Of a stretch of DNA of 64,000 nucleotides, positions 37,042 through 46,209 are shown piece by piece; the stretch's first letter is position 1, and each line of letters begins with the position of its first letter. Origin of the DNA: a virus. Lineage: Duplodnaviria; Caudoviricetes. A program made the translations under genes and the position numbers. Location of the stretch: the IMG/VR virus record IMGVR_UViG_3300028603_000017, positions 32,001-96,000 of that record. The stretch is one strand, 5' to 3'. The notes below the pieces were generated by a model. That model did not search any database, was not told where the DNA came from, and saw only the letters and a program-made list of their open reading frames with translations.

Positions 37042-39210
37042 ATGCTATTTAACAAAAAGATTAAGGCCGGTGGTCGTCGCTTTGGCCTAGAGGGCATCGT
37101 TACCCAACTGCGTGAACAGCTGGCTGGTCGTGCTCCTGACCGCAAGCTCACCAAGATTGCTCTGGCTACCGAATCCGTTAGCGAGTCAGACGTTAACATG
37201 CTCAATACTGCTGTGGAAGACCTCAAGGTTATTCTGCAAGGTATTGCCAAGGAAAACGTGGAAGAGTTCGGCGCTACTGAAACCGGTGAAGCTGACGTTT
37301 CTGATGCACAGCTCGAAGCTGCTCAAGCTGCTGCTGTGATGGCTGAGGATCCTGAAGCTGTGATGGCTCAGCAATCTGTGGCTGTTCCTGCTAGCAACGA
37401 GTACAACGAAGTCGTGGCTGTTGAGTCTATCGTTTCTGACGGCTTTAGCAAGCGTGCTTTCGCTAAGGAAGCTTATGACGAATCCGCTAACCGCAACGCT
37501 GCTAGCTACTCGGTTGTTTACAACCTGAAGGCTGCTCGTCAAGATGAATTTGGTGAGGCTCTGTTCCCCACCGTGACCGTAACACCCGACAACGTCGGTT
37601 TTGCTGTCTCTATTCGTCTGGTTCAAGTGTATGATGACTTCAAACGTTCCATCACTGGCAACATCGACAAGTACAACATGGTTAACATCGTGCGTGGTTT
37701 CGCCGATCCTACCGTGCTGAAAAACGAACTGACCCGTGCTGTGCCTGTGTATCGCACTGAGTCCGCTCAACACTTCTACAGTGAAGTGCCTGCCGCTGCT
37801 GTGGTGGTTGAAGACGGTGGTGAGAGTGTAAATACTGCTCCTCTAAAGTTTAACAACAACTTCTCGCTGATTGCTCTGTCGCAAACTGACGCTCTGCTGG
37901 CTAACGGTACGATGGATCCTTCTGACTCTATCGATCCGGGTGGTCTGCGTCTGCGTAACGTGTACGCCAAGATTGGTGATAACGTACTTAAGTTCGTCAC
38001 TAAGGATCTGCCCCTGGCAGTATTCCATGCGGCTCCTCAAGGCGTCCATCGCTTGATGAACCTGAACTTCACCACCGATACCATCATGATCAACAAGGAC
38101 ACCACCCGTTACAACGGTGCTGCTCTGGATGGTGCGCTGGCTGGTGTGGTCTCTGGTGATTATATCGTACGCGTAGCTATCAGCGTGACTGGTAACATTG
38201 ATGTCCAAAAGGGTGATACTCATCTGATGGCTAGCGGCATCCGTGTGGTTCAAGTGCAAGACGAAGACGGTGTGGTTGTTGACCATACTGTTGCTGGTGC
38301 TGCTAAGACCCTGGCTGACGCTATCGAAGGTGGTACTCTGGGTGGTTTTGACCTGATTGCATATCGCGCTAACGCTAACCGTCGTCAGCGTGGTCAGCTG
38401 CTGGACATCCAGTACTTCAACCAACTGTACACCGTGCCTTTCCGTTCACCCATTACTGCTCTGAAGCCTGTCAACTCTGACTCTTCTAGCGAAGCTGGTG
38501 ATCTGGCTGGTCTGATCAGTGCTACCCAAATCCGTACCTCTAACGCTGCTGTGACCCAGCTGCTCGATACTGCGGATACCCTCAAGCGCTTTGTTGATAG
38601 TCGTGAAACCACCCGTGGTCCTGCTATCCTGGGCGTGGCTCGTTACCTGGTCAAGGCTGCTTACCTGGAAGACACGGTGGACGCTGTGGCTGATCTGGAC
38701 TCTCTGACCGCTACCCAACGCGCTCAAGACTTGCAAGCTCTGCTGGTCAACAAAGTGCGTGACATGGCTTTCAGCCTGTGGCGTGATTCCGAGTACCAAG
38801 CTATGGCTACTGTGATGAAGGGTGGCGCTGCTGATACGCCTACCGTAATTATCGCTACCGATCCTGTACTGGCTCGCTACCTGCAAATCGATGGTGATCT
38901 GCGCACTGCTGGTGCTAAGTTTGAAGTTCGTCTGGTGTCCACTCTGGACAACCGTATGAAGGGCAAGATCGCCGTTACCTTCGGTGACTTTACCAACACC
39001 AACGAACCCAATCCTCTGCACTTCGGTAACATGGCGTGGAAGCCTGAGCTGACCCTGAATCTGCCTATCTCTCGTGGTGGTCAGATCTCCAAGGAACTGA
39101 CTGTTCAGCCTGCGTTCCTGCACATCACCAACCTGCCTATCCTGGGTATGATTGAGGTGAGCAACGTGAGCGAAGTCATTGCTTCTAAGGTCGACGTTAA
39201 CGTTGGTTAA
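37042..39210 (+). CDS. Major capsid protein (phiKZ gp120-like)
   Basis: 722 aa; YNLKAARQDEFGEALFPT, N.N.RQRGQLLD, VIIATDP.L.RYL and NPLHFGNM motifs; propeptide with AxE sites; strong codon bias. Confidence 0.95.
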   Translation: MLFNKKIKAGGRRFGLEGIVTQLREQLAGRAPDRKLTKIALATESVSESDVNMLNTAVEDLKVILQGIAKENVEEFGATETGEADVSDAQLEAAQAAAVMAEDPEAVMAQQSVAVPASNEYNEVVAVESIVSDGFSKRAFAKEAYDESANRNAASYSVVYNLKAARQDEFGEALFPTVTVTPDNVGFAVSIRLVQVYDDFKRSITGNIDKYNMVNIVRGFADPTVLKNELTRAVPVYRTESAQHFYSEVPAAAVVVEDGGESVNTAPLKFNNNFSLIALSQTDALLANGTMDPSDSIDPGGLRLRNVYAKIGDNVLKFVTKDLPLAVFHAAPQGVHRLMNLNFTTDTIMINKDTTRYNGAALDGALAGVVSGDYIVRVAISVTGNIDVQKGDTHLMASGIRVVQVQDEDGVVVDHTVAGAAKTLADAIEGGTLGGFDLIAYRANANRRQRGQLLDIQYFNQLYTVPFRSPITALKPVNSDSSSEAGDLAGLISATQIRTSNAAVTQLLDTADTLKRFVDSRETTRGPAILGVARYLVKAAYLEDTVDAVADLDSLTATQRAQDLQALLVNKVRDMAFSLWRDSEYQAMATVMKGGAADTPTVIIATDPVLARYLQIDGDLRTAGAKFEVRLVSTLDNRMKGKIAVTFGDFTNTNEPNPLHFGNMAWKPELTLNLPISRGGQISKELTVQPAFLHITNLPILGMIEVSNVSEVIASKVDVNVG

Positions 39211-39242
39211 TTGAGCCTTAACAAAGCTTAATGTAAATTAAG

Positions 39243-39282
39243 TCATACTGCCAGGAGCTTATAGCTCCTGGCAGTTATGTCG
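39243..39282. terminator. CATA/TATG-family hairpin (copy 13), after MCP
   Basis: cat-actgccaggagct/agctcctggcagt-tatgtcg. Confidence 0.8.
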
Positions 39283-39312
39283 CTGTACTGGTTTTCATGA
39301 GTTGTCCTAAAT

Positions 39313-39340
39313 TATCTTGGTTATATATTATTCTACTGGA
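39313..39340 (+). promoter_or_regulatory. Putative early (virion-RNAP) promoter
   Basis: tatcttggttatatattattctactgga; upstream of the nvRNAP-subunit operon; followed by the hairpin gtcaatca-gaaa-tgattgac. Confidence 0.6.
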
Positions 39341-39445
39341 GTCAATCAGAAATGATTGACAAAACAATAAATAATCTCATCTCTTGGAAGGAACTTCATT
39401 AATGAATTCTGGAGAAGAAGATGGTTTAGACAGTATTTAATAACA

Positions 39446-40693
39446 ATGATTGTCAAAACCATTTATACAGCATCAGTAATTAAGCCAGCTTCTGGCCACC
39501 AACTAAATAAAGCTACAGCAATCGCTACTCGCGGTCCTGCTAGCGAAAGAATTACGTACCATAACTTCATGTCACGTCCTATTACGGTTGTGAGTAGAAA
39601 TGGTTTCAGACAATCTATACCTCCTACAACACCTCCTGACTTTAGTCAAAACGATTTTGTCATTAGGTATGAGGTAGATATTGATTACGCTATAACGGAT
39701 GAGTTTCTTCAGTATTTAATCAATGCTGATCGTGGAAACAATGATGAGATCTCTATGGCTAGACAAGACTATTATAAGTCAGTGTCTCGCAGTATAGATG
39801 GTCGGACACTGGTTTTTGAGACTCGATATACTCTTGAGGACTTTACAAAGATAAATACATGTCTTTATTGTTCTAAAAGAGATAAAGTTATATCAACTAA
39901 AAACATTTATGAAGCCAGTCCTCACCCCTTTGATCCAAACAATGTGGATGAGGTTACGGTTAGCTTTATTGATGATAAAATACAATACGATAGCGAAATT
40001 GATTATCTAACAATTATTGATAACGATAACACTATTGGTGATAAATGGGAAGTTGTTCGTGGAAAGATACGCAAGATAAAAGCGCATACTAACTATGAAA
40101 AGACTTCAGGTATATATCATCACCATGTCGTTAAAGATCTTGTTCGTAGTGAAAAAGGCTTTAGAGTACAAATAGATCACTATACGTTAGATAAAGCTGT
40201 TGAGCTATTTCAGTTGCACAACTCATACGAAGCTGCTCAATTGGTTAACGATAAACATACTCATGAGTCTGATTTAAAGCTCAAGAATATGGAAATCGAG
40301 AAAATGAAAGCTGAGTATCAATCTAAAGATCTTATTCATAAAAGCATTGTGGATAGGATGGAATTAGAAAATAAGTTAATTCAAGACGAGTTGGATAAAC
40401 GTAAAGCGGCTCGTGATGAAGAACTTGAAAACATCAAGCATGAAAATATGAAACTCAAAGATCGTCTAGATCGAGATAAGGCTGTTCGTTCAGACGAAGC
40501 TGATGTTAGGAAGATATTCCGAGACGATCAAGCTCAAGAAAGAAAACACGCTCGTGATGAAGAAACTCATAGATCTAAAACGAAATCAGATTTCTGGATG
40601 AAAAAATTACCAGATTCATTAATGGATATATGTGGAGCTATTAGTGCTATTGCTCTAATTATTGGCTACATATATAAAGCAAAGAACACTTAA
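39446..40693 (+). CDS. Coiled-coil protein with C-terminal TM anchor (phiKZ gp122-like)
   Basis: Charged coiled coil, then ICGAISAIALIIGYIYK; synteny. Confidence 0.65.
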   Translation: MIVKTIYTASVIKPASGHQLNKATAIATRGPASERITYHNFMSRPITVVSRNGFRQSIPPTTPPDFSQNDFVIRYEVDIDYAITDEFLQYLINADRGNNDEISMARQDYYKSVSRSIDGRTLVFETRYTLEDFTKINTCLYCSKRDKVISTKNIYEASPHPFDPNNVDEVTVSFIDDKIQYDSEIDYLTIIDNDNTIGDKWEVVRGKIRKIKAHTNYEKTSGIYHHHVVKDLVRSEKGFRVQIDHYTLDKAVELFQLHNSYEAAQLVNDKHTHESDLKLKNMEIEKMKAEYQSKDLIHKSIVDRMELENKLIQDELDKRKAARDEELENIKHENMKLKDRLDRDKAVRSDEADVRKIFRDDQAQERKHARDEETHRSKTKSDFWMKKLPDSLMDICGAISAIALIIGYIYKAKNT

Positions 40694-40707
40694 CTTTAGG
40701 AAACAAA

Positions 40708-42318
40708 GTGGATATAGCCTTATCTGAGTTAATTAAAGCTGATACACCTCAAATTAATCCCCACATAGCCAATGGACTGGCCACAGTTCATATGGACTAT
40801 GTAGAGGAATATATTGATACTGTATTTAAAGCTGTATCTAAAGATTTCCCTCCAGAGCTAAAATATGTTGGTTGTAAGAGAGCGACTCCTTTAGAAGAGT
40901 ACGCTTTTATTACCAGCAAAAAGAATAACCGCAGAACATTTGATATTGCCAGAAGTGATGTTTATCTGATGAATTATCAGTTTACATTCAATGGACAACC
41001 TCTACCATCGAGACCTCTTTTCTTGCCATTCGTTAATGACGCAGGATTTATTAATCTTGGTGGATCTAGGTTTGCTATATCGCCTGTTCTTAGCGATAAA
41101 GTCATCTCACTAGGCACAAATAATATCTTTATTCGCTTGCTTAGGGATAAGCTCACTTTCGAGCGAGTACCGCATAACGTAGTGATTGATGGCAAAAGAG
41201 AATTGGTCTCTGTTGTTTGGTCTTTGATTTATCACAAACCTAACAACGCAGACAAAGCTAAACCTATTGTAAAAGCAAACTGTGCATTGATGCACTATCT
41301 CTTTTGCAAATATGGATTTACACATACCTTTAATCATTACGGTAATTGTCATCCTGTTGTAGGCACTGACGATATTACTGTGGAGAACTATCCTCAAAAG
41401 GATTGGGTAATTGTGCAATCGAGCACAATTAAGCCTAAAGGAAACCAAGATCTACCTTACCAGCCTACAGATATAAAGCTAGCTATCAGGAAAAATGAAT
41501 TCACGAGTTTGGTCAAGCATATGTGTGCAGGCTTTTACTACGTGTTAGACCATTTCCCACAGCGCTTTATTCCCAGTTATCTAGACAACACCAATCTATG
41601 GAAAGTCTTAATGGGTTATATTGTCTTTGCTGGCAATATTGGTGAGGGTAAACTACTACAAGACATCAGTGAGCACTTTGACAGTCTTGACGAATATATT
41701 GATGCTATCATGGTCAATAAACTAAAAGAGATTGGTTATCCTTGTTCAAATATTTACGATTTGTTCAATGTGGTTATCACTAACTTTTCTGATTGGTTAT
41801 TGAAAGCAAAAGACAATATCAACAGCATGTATGACAAAGAGCTCAGTATTTTGTACTATGTCTTGATGCCTATTACCTCCGCTATTGTTAAGCTACACTT
41901 CAAACTCAAGAAAGCTGCTAGTAAAAAGACTTTGAAAGAATCTGATATTCTTTCAAATATGGCAGCTATTTTGACACCAGGTCTAATATTCCAGATCACC
42001 AGACAACACAATGGTGTTAGCACTGTGAGCTATTCAGGGGACAATAAGTTCTTTGAAATCACTTCTATGCTAGTGCCGCAAAAGACCAGTGGGAAATCAG
42101 GCGCTCAAAACGACAGAGCTGCCATTAATGATCCTGCCAGGCGTTTGCATATCAGTGTGGCTGAGGTAGGTGCTTATCTAGCATTTACTAAGAGCGATCC
42201 GTCTGGCAGGAGCCAGATCAATCCTCATATACGACTGGACGCCTCTGGCGGTATTCTAAGAGATCCTGAAAAAGCAGCTTTGCTTGATGAAGTTCAATCT
42301 ATGATCAAGCGAGACTAA
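40708..42318 (+). CDS. Non-virion RNA polymerase beta subunit, N-terminal part (phiKZ gp123-like)
   Basis: P..N..IANG.A, LFLPFV..AG.I.L.G....ISPVLSDKVIS, LLRDKLTFER and LH.S.AEVG.Y...K.DP.GR..INP motifs. Confidence 0.85.
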   Translation: MDIALSELIKADTPQINPHIANGLATVHMDYVEEYIDTVFKAVSKDFPPELKYVGCKRATPLEEYAFITSKKNNRRTFDIARSDVYLMNYQFTFNGQPLPSRPLFLPFVNDAGFINLGGSRFAISPVLSDKVISLGTNNIFIRLLRDKLTFERVPHNVVIDGKRELVSVVWSLIYHKPNNADKAKPIVKANCALMHYLFCKYGFTHTFNHYGNCHPVVGTDDITVENYPQKDWVIVQSSTIKPKGNQDLPYQPTDIKLAIRKNEFTSLVKHMCAGFYYVLDHFPQRFIPSYLDNTNLWKVLMGYIVFAGNIGEGKLLQDISEHFDSLDEYIDAIMVNKLKEIGYPCSNIYDLFNVVITNFSDWLLKAKDNINSMYDKELSILYYVLMPITSAIVKLHFKLKKAASKKTLKESDILSNMAAILTPGLIFQITRQHNGVSTVSYSGDNKFFEITSMLVPQKTSGKSGAQNDRAAINDPARRLHISVAEVGAYLAFTKSDPSGRSQINPHIRLDASGGILRDPEKAALLDEVQSMIKRD

Positions 42319-42343
42319 CAACAATTACTGAAAAAGGATTTGA

Positions 42344-44854
42344 TTGGATATGTTCCAAAACCAGAACTTAATGATGGGTGGTACACAAATGATGCAGCAG
42401 CCCCTGCAACAAGTGTATAATGATTGGCCTACAAACCAATTGATCATCCATCCTCAAAACTTTAGCTTTAATGCTCAGAACATACCTGTGCCTAACTTTC
42501 CGGTATGGATGCCTGAGGTACAGAACGCTATTCCCACAATTGCAGCAGCAGTAGCTAATGAAATCTGTAGGACAGCTACTCAAAACACCATTAGAGTTTA
42601 TACCTACAACCAGCTATCGGCTAACAACTTCAACAATCCAGACTTTGCACAAACAGTTCAGTTGGCTGTAGACTTGGTCAGTTTAGCTACCAAAAAACGT
42701 GGTGGGTTTGCAGCATTTAACAAAGATGCTGCAGATTGCGTCAAAGACGCTATTGTGATTAAAGGAAGCATGAACGTTGCCAATAGTCAAGCGCTAGCAA
42801 GTACAGTGCCTCCACCCACAATGCGTGATGTCAATAACACATTGCTAATGTTTAAAAATGACGCTGCTCAAATCGAACAGCTCAGAAACGCAGCAATGAA
42901 TCAACCACAAGCGCAGGTCAGAGGAAACTTTAACAATCCTTTGGGTAATCCTACTATGATGCAAAACCAAAATAACGGTTTTGTACCACAGCAGTTTAAC
43001 CAGCCTGTACAGCAACAACAGCCTCAATATTGGCAACCACAACAAAACCAATTCCAACCCACTCAGTTTGGAAATCAAACACAAAACAATAACCCATCAG
43101 GCTATAGACCAGTTTCACCTGTTAGTCCTAACAGCATGAATGTGGTTGCTAGAGACTTTTTCTACCAAGAATTTGTTCCTATTCAACCTGCAAATCAGTT
43201 TGCAGCACCTAGCAATCAAAATCAAAACGCCTATACACCTGTTACCAACTTTGAGCCAGTACCAGAACCTGTAGCTGCTGTGCCAGCTCCACAACCTGTT
43301 CAAGTAACCCGAACAATTCCTCCTGCTCCGCCTCCCATGAATTGGAAAGCAGGAATTATTGAATCGTTGGATAGCACTCCTGAGCCAGGTAAGGCTCAAC
43401 ACCAAGCATTTAAAATGCCTGAGATTCATCAACCGACTCAACAGTCTAATGATGAATTGAGTGCTGCGCTTGAGCAAGCTACAGCCGAGCTGCAAAGCCC
43501 TGTATTGGATTTTGCTCAACCAGGCATTCCAGTCAAAGTCATTGAAACCAATGAAGAGCTGCAATGGTGGCCATCAGAGCTTCAGCCATTTCCTATCTAT
43601 TGGGAAAGTCTGAAAGAGAAAATCATTTTGAAGAAAGTATCCTACAAAGGAAAAATCTTTGTTGTTCAACAAAAGACTAACTTAACAGAGGAAGAAATGG
43701 ACGAAATGAGGCATGCGATTGGTCCGAAGACCATTATGGACAAGGCAGTACTGGATCAACAGCGTGAACGTCTAATCGAAGTAGTGGGTCTGGAAGAAGG
43801 CCGTACTGCTCGAACTGGTCCTAAGGTAGAAATGATTGATGGTGCAACTACTATTACACACTCAGCCAATCCTACTACCCAAGATGAATTAGAAGGCTTT
43901 ATGGAATCTAAAGGGCAAGTAATGCCTAAAGATCCAACAATGTCTGCTTTCCCATCAGTATTGAAACTAGCTGGTTTGGATAAAGATCCTACCCAGTCAC
44001 TGGATGCTGATGGAGATCCTGCTTGGTTTGATGCAGGATTTTTGGCTGATTCCATTTACAGCACCAAAGTGCGACACCTGACCATGGCCAACAGCCATAA
44101 ACGCATTCGCAGGGAATACCATATTGTTCCCAAGGTGTTTGTCTCCAGAAAACCTCTGGTTGATATCTACAGTGAATGGACTGAAAAGAAAGAATTCTCT
44201 TTCCTGGCAGATAAACTGCGTAAAACCGTCACTGGCGATAAGCTCGCTACCACAGATTTTGTGGAGTTTGCTGCTGAATTCGATAGGTACCTGACCAGTA
44301 TCATCAATGAATTCATGTCATCCACACTGCATGTAGCGACAACGATCGACAGCTTCTGTGAAGATATCGATACTCTGATGAATGGTTACCTCAGGGAAAA
44401 GTACGGACCCTTCATCCACGATGCTTTGGTTGGATACCAGCAAGAGTTTTATGATCGATACCTCACCAGGATCGAAGATGAGGAGATGCTCAAAACCATT
44501 ACGGAAATGCATGTAAAAGTCGATGATGTTGAAATGAATATCGACACCAGAGACACTCATGTGTTGGTTCTGGAAAACAATTACACCATTAGCTCTGTGC
44601 GCGTTCATTCTAGCGAACTAAAACTCGTAGATACCAAAAGCGGTGATACGACACCTACTCCAATTGGTGATGATCGTCCTGAGCTCAAAGCTTTTTGTGA
44701 AAAACTCTTTGAGAGCAAGATCATTGGTGAATTTAGCTGGACCAAACATTTGTTGATCACCAGCGATGGCCAGGTCTATTCTGTGGAAAAGCCTTCGGTT
44801 GGGTACATCAAGTACATGATCCGAAAGCTCAACCCTATGTGGCTCATGCCGTAA
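42344..44854 (+). CDS. Large conserved protein with a Q/N/P-rich low-complexity centre
   Basis: 836 aa, directly after the nvRNAP subunit gene; folded-looking N and C domains flank a Q/N/P/F-rich region. Confidence 0.75.
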   Translation: MDMFQNQNLMMGGTQMMQQPLQQVYNDWPTNQLIIHPQNFSFNAQNIPVPNFPVWMPEVQNAIPTIAAAVANEICRTATQNTIRVYTYNQLSANNFNNPDFAQTVQLAVDLVSLATKKRGGFAAFNKDAADCVKDAIVIKGSMNVANSQALASTVPPPTMRDVNNTLLMFKNDAAQIEQLRNAAMNQPQAQVRGNFNNPLGNPTMMQNQNNGFVPQQFNQPVQQQQPQYWQPQQNQFQPTQFGNQTQNNNPSGYRPVSPVSPNSMNVVARDFFYQEFVPIQPANQFAAPSNQNQNAYTPVTNFEPVPEPVAAVPAPQPVQVTRTIPPAPPPMNWKAGIIESLDSTPEPGKAQHQAFKMPEIHQPTQQSNDELSAALEQATAELQSPVLDFAQPGIPVKVIETNEELQWWPSELQPFPIYWESLKEKIILKKVSYKGKIFVVQQKTNLTEEEMDEMRHAIGPKTIMDKAVLDQQRERLIEVVGLEEGRTARTGPKVEMIDGATTITHSANPTTQDELEGFMESKGQVMPKDPTMSAFPSVLKLAGLDKDPTQSLDADGDPAWFDAGFLADSIYSTKVRHLTMANSHKRIRREYHIVPKVFVSRKPLVDIYSEWTEKKEFSFLADKLRKTVTGDKLATTDFVEFAAEFDRYLTSIINEFMSSTLHVATTIDSFCEDIDTLMNGYLREKYGPFIHDALVGYQQEFYDRYLTRIEDEEMLKTITEMHVKVDDVEMNIDTRDTHVLVLENNYTISSVRVHSSELKLVDTKSGDTTPTPIGDDRPELKAFCEKLFESKIIGEFSWTKHLLITSDGQVYSVEKPSVGYIKYMIRKLNPMWLMP

Positions 44855-44858
44855 TATA

Positions 44859-44920
44859 GCAACATAGCTCCTAGTGACCTCATCAGGTCACTAGGAGTAC
44901 TATGTCTTTTTTTTTTTTGT
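44859..44920. terminator. CATA/TATG-family hairpin (copy 14) with T-tract
   Basis: gcaacatag-ctcctagtgacct/aggtcactaggag-ta-ctatgtc, then a T-run; between convergent genes. Confidence 0.85.
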
Positions 44921-44932
44921 TTTAACTAGCTT

Positions 44933-46126
44933 TTAACTAGTTCCCTCAGGTTCTAACTTCTTAGCTTCTTCTTGTTCTTCAGGCTCTACTTCTTCTTTTT
45001 CTACTTCTTCAGCATCAAGCTCTGTAGCTTCTACAACAGCAGGTGTTAAAGTGCATTCAGCTGTGATCAAAGCTTCTACATCCATATCGCCCTTGAATTT
45101 AAACTTGACTTCTGGTGGAGGTTCCTCTTTACCTTGCATTTCACCAGTATTGTCCGCTACCCATTCAGCAGCAATCTTAAACTTAATCTTGTCAACTTTG
45201 TATTCAAACTTAGGTGTTTGAAAGTAAACCTTGGCTTCTTCTTCTGTACCTGTACCCATACGGAATTCTTTATCCGTATAGATAGTCCAGTTATCATTCT
45301 TGGTTTCTTGCTCTTTGGTTTCTGTATTGATAGACTCTTTAGCTTCTAAAGTGTATTTATCACACTTTTCATTATAGCGCTCAGTTTTGACATCAATAGA
45401 AGTCTTTGCATTCAGACAATATTTATCGGTAGTCATATTGATTTCATCATGAGAGAATATATTAATAACTCTCTTGTTCATCTCAATATAAGTATCGTCT
45501 TTATTGTGTAGCTTAATGAATCTCTCAGCTGAATCTAAAAAGATATAGTTGTGGTCATCGTCTTGAATAACGATTCTACCGTCTTTGGTATTGATTTGAA
45601 TATCGTAGACAAAAGGCTCTTCATCTGATTTAGAAGTGTGTAGATGGACTACCTTTTTATGAGTAGATACTTCAAACCAGTAAGTAGATTCAGGAGTATC
45701 TTCTACGTTTTCTTCTCTGTTATCAGAAAAAGACCAAATAGCGGTTTCTAATCGACGGATATGTTTATACTGCATCATATCGCACCACCAATACTCATCT
45801 ACATCACCAAACTTGTAAATGAGTACTTGCTCACCACGCCTGACATCAGGTGGTGTAATACGATTGGTTTGAGTTAAAGGCAGCCACTTGGCTCTAATAG
45901 TGGCAGTAGTATCTATCTTAACTTCAAATTGATTTCCCATAATACCTTTACCAGAAGCTTTATATTCTTCTGTGTGGTCTAGGATTTCACCATCAATGAA
46001 GTTAAAGTATTCAATAGGTAAGATCTCTACGAAGTGTTCTGAGAGTTCTTTATTGGTAGCAACAACACCAATTGAGAAGAACCTCAGTTGTGATACAGTA
46101 TTGAAAGCGTCAAATAGTTTTTCCAC
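44933..46126 (-). CDS. Baseplate central spike / puncturing protein (phiKZ gp164-like)
   Basis: OB-fold-like N-part (SIGVVATNK, A.WLP...NR.TPPDVRRGE.V), then short beta-strand repeats; divergent from the SbcC-like gene. Confidence 0.75.
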   Translation of the reverse strand: MEKLFDAFNTVSQLRFFSIGVVATNKELSEHFVEILPIEYFNFIDGEILDHTEEYKASGKGIMGNQFEVKIDTTATIRAKWLPLTQTNRITPPDVRRGEQVLIYKFGDVDEYWWCDMMQYKHIRRLETAIWSFSDNREENVEDTPESTYWFEVSTHKKVVHLHTSKSDEEPFVYDIQINTKDGRIVIQDDDHNYIFLDSAERFIKLHNKDDTYIEMNKRVINIFSHDEINMTTDKYCLNAKTSIDVKTERYNEKCDKYTLEAKESINTETKEQETKNDNWTIYTDKEFRMGTGTEEEAKVYFQTPKFEYKVDKIKFKIAAEWVADNTGEMQGKEEPPPEVKFKFKGDMDVEALITAECTLTPAVVEATELDAEEVEKEEVEPEEQEEAKKLEPEGTS

Positions 46127-46209
46127 AGTCTTTAGCTTTGTAAAAAAGATTAATCTAGTATATTGTACTGATACAGATAATTTAATAACAGTATAAATTA
46201 ATATTTACA

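Noticed and set aside
37026-39123. Several long antisense and alternate-frame ORFs over the major capsid gene
   Set aside because: By-product of the strong codon bias in a highly expressed gene; no RBS or recognisable protein features.
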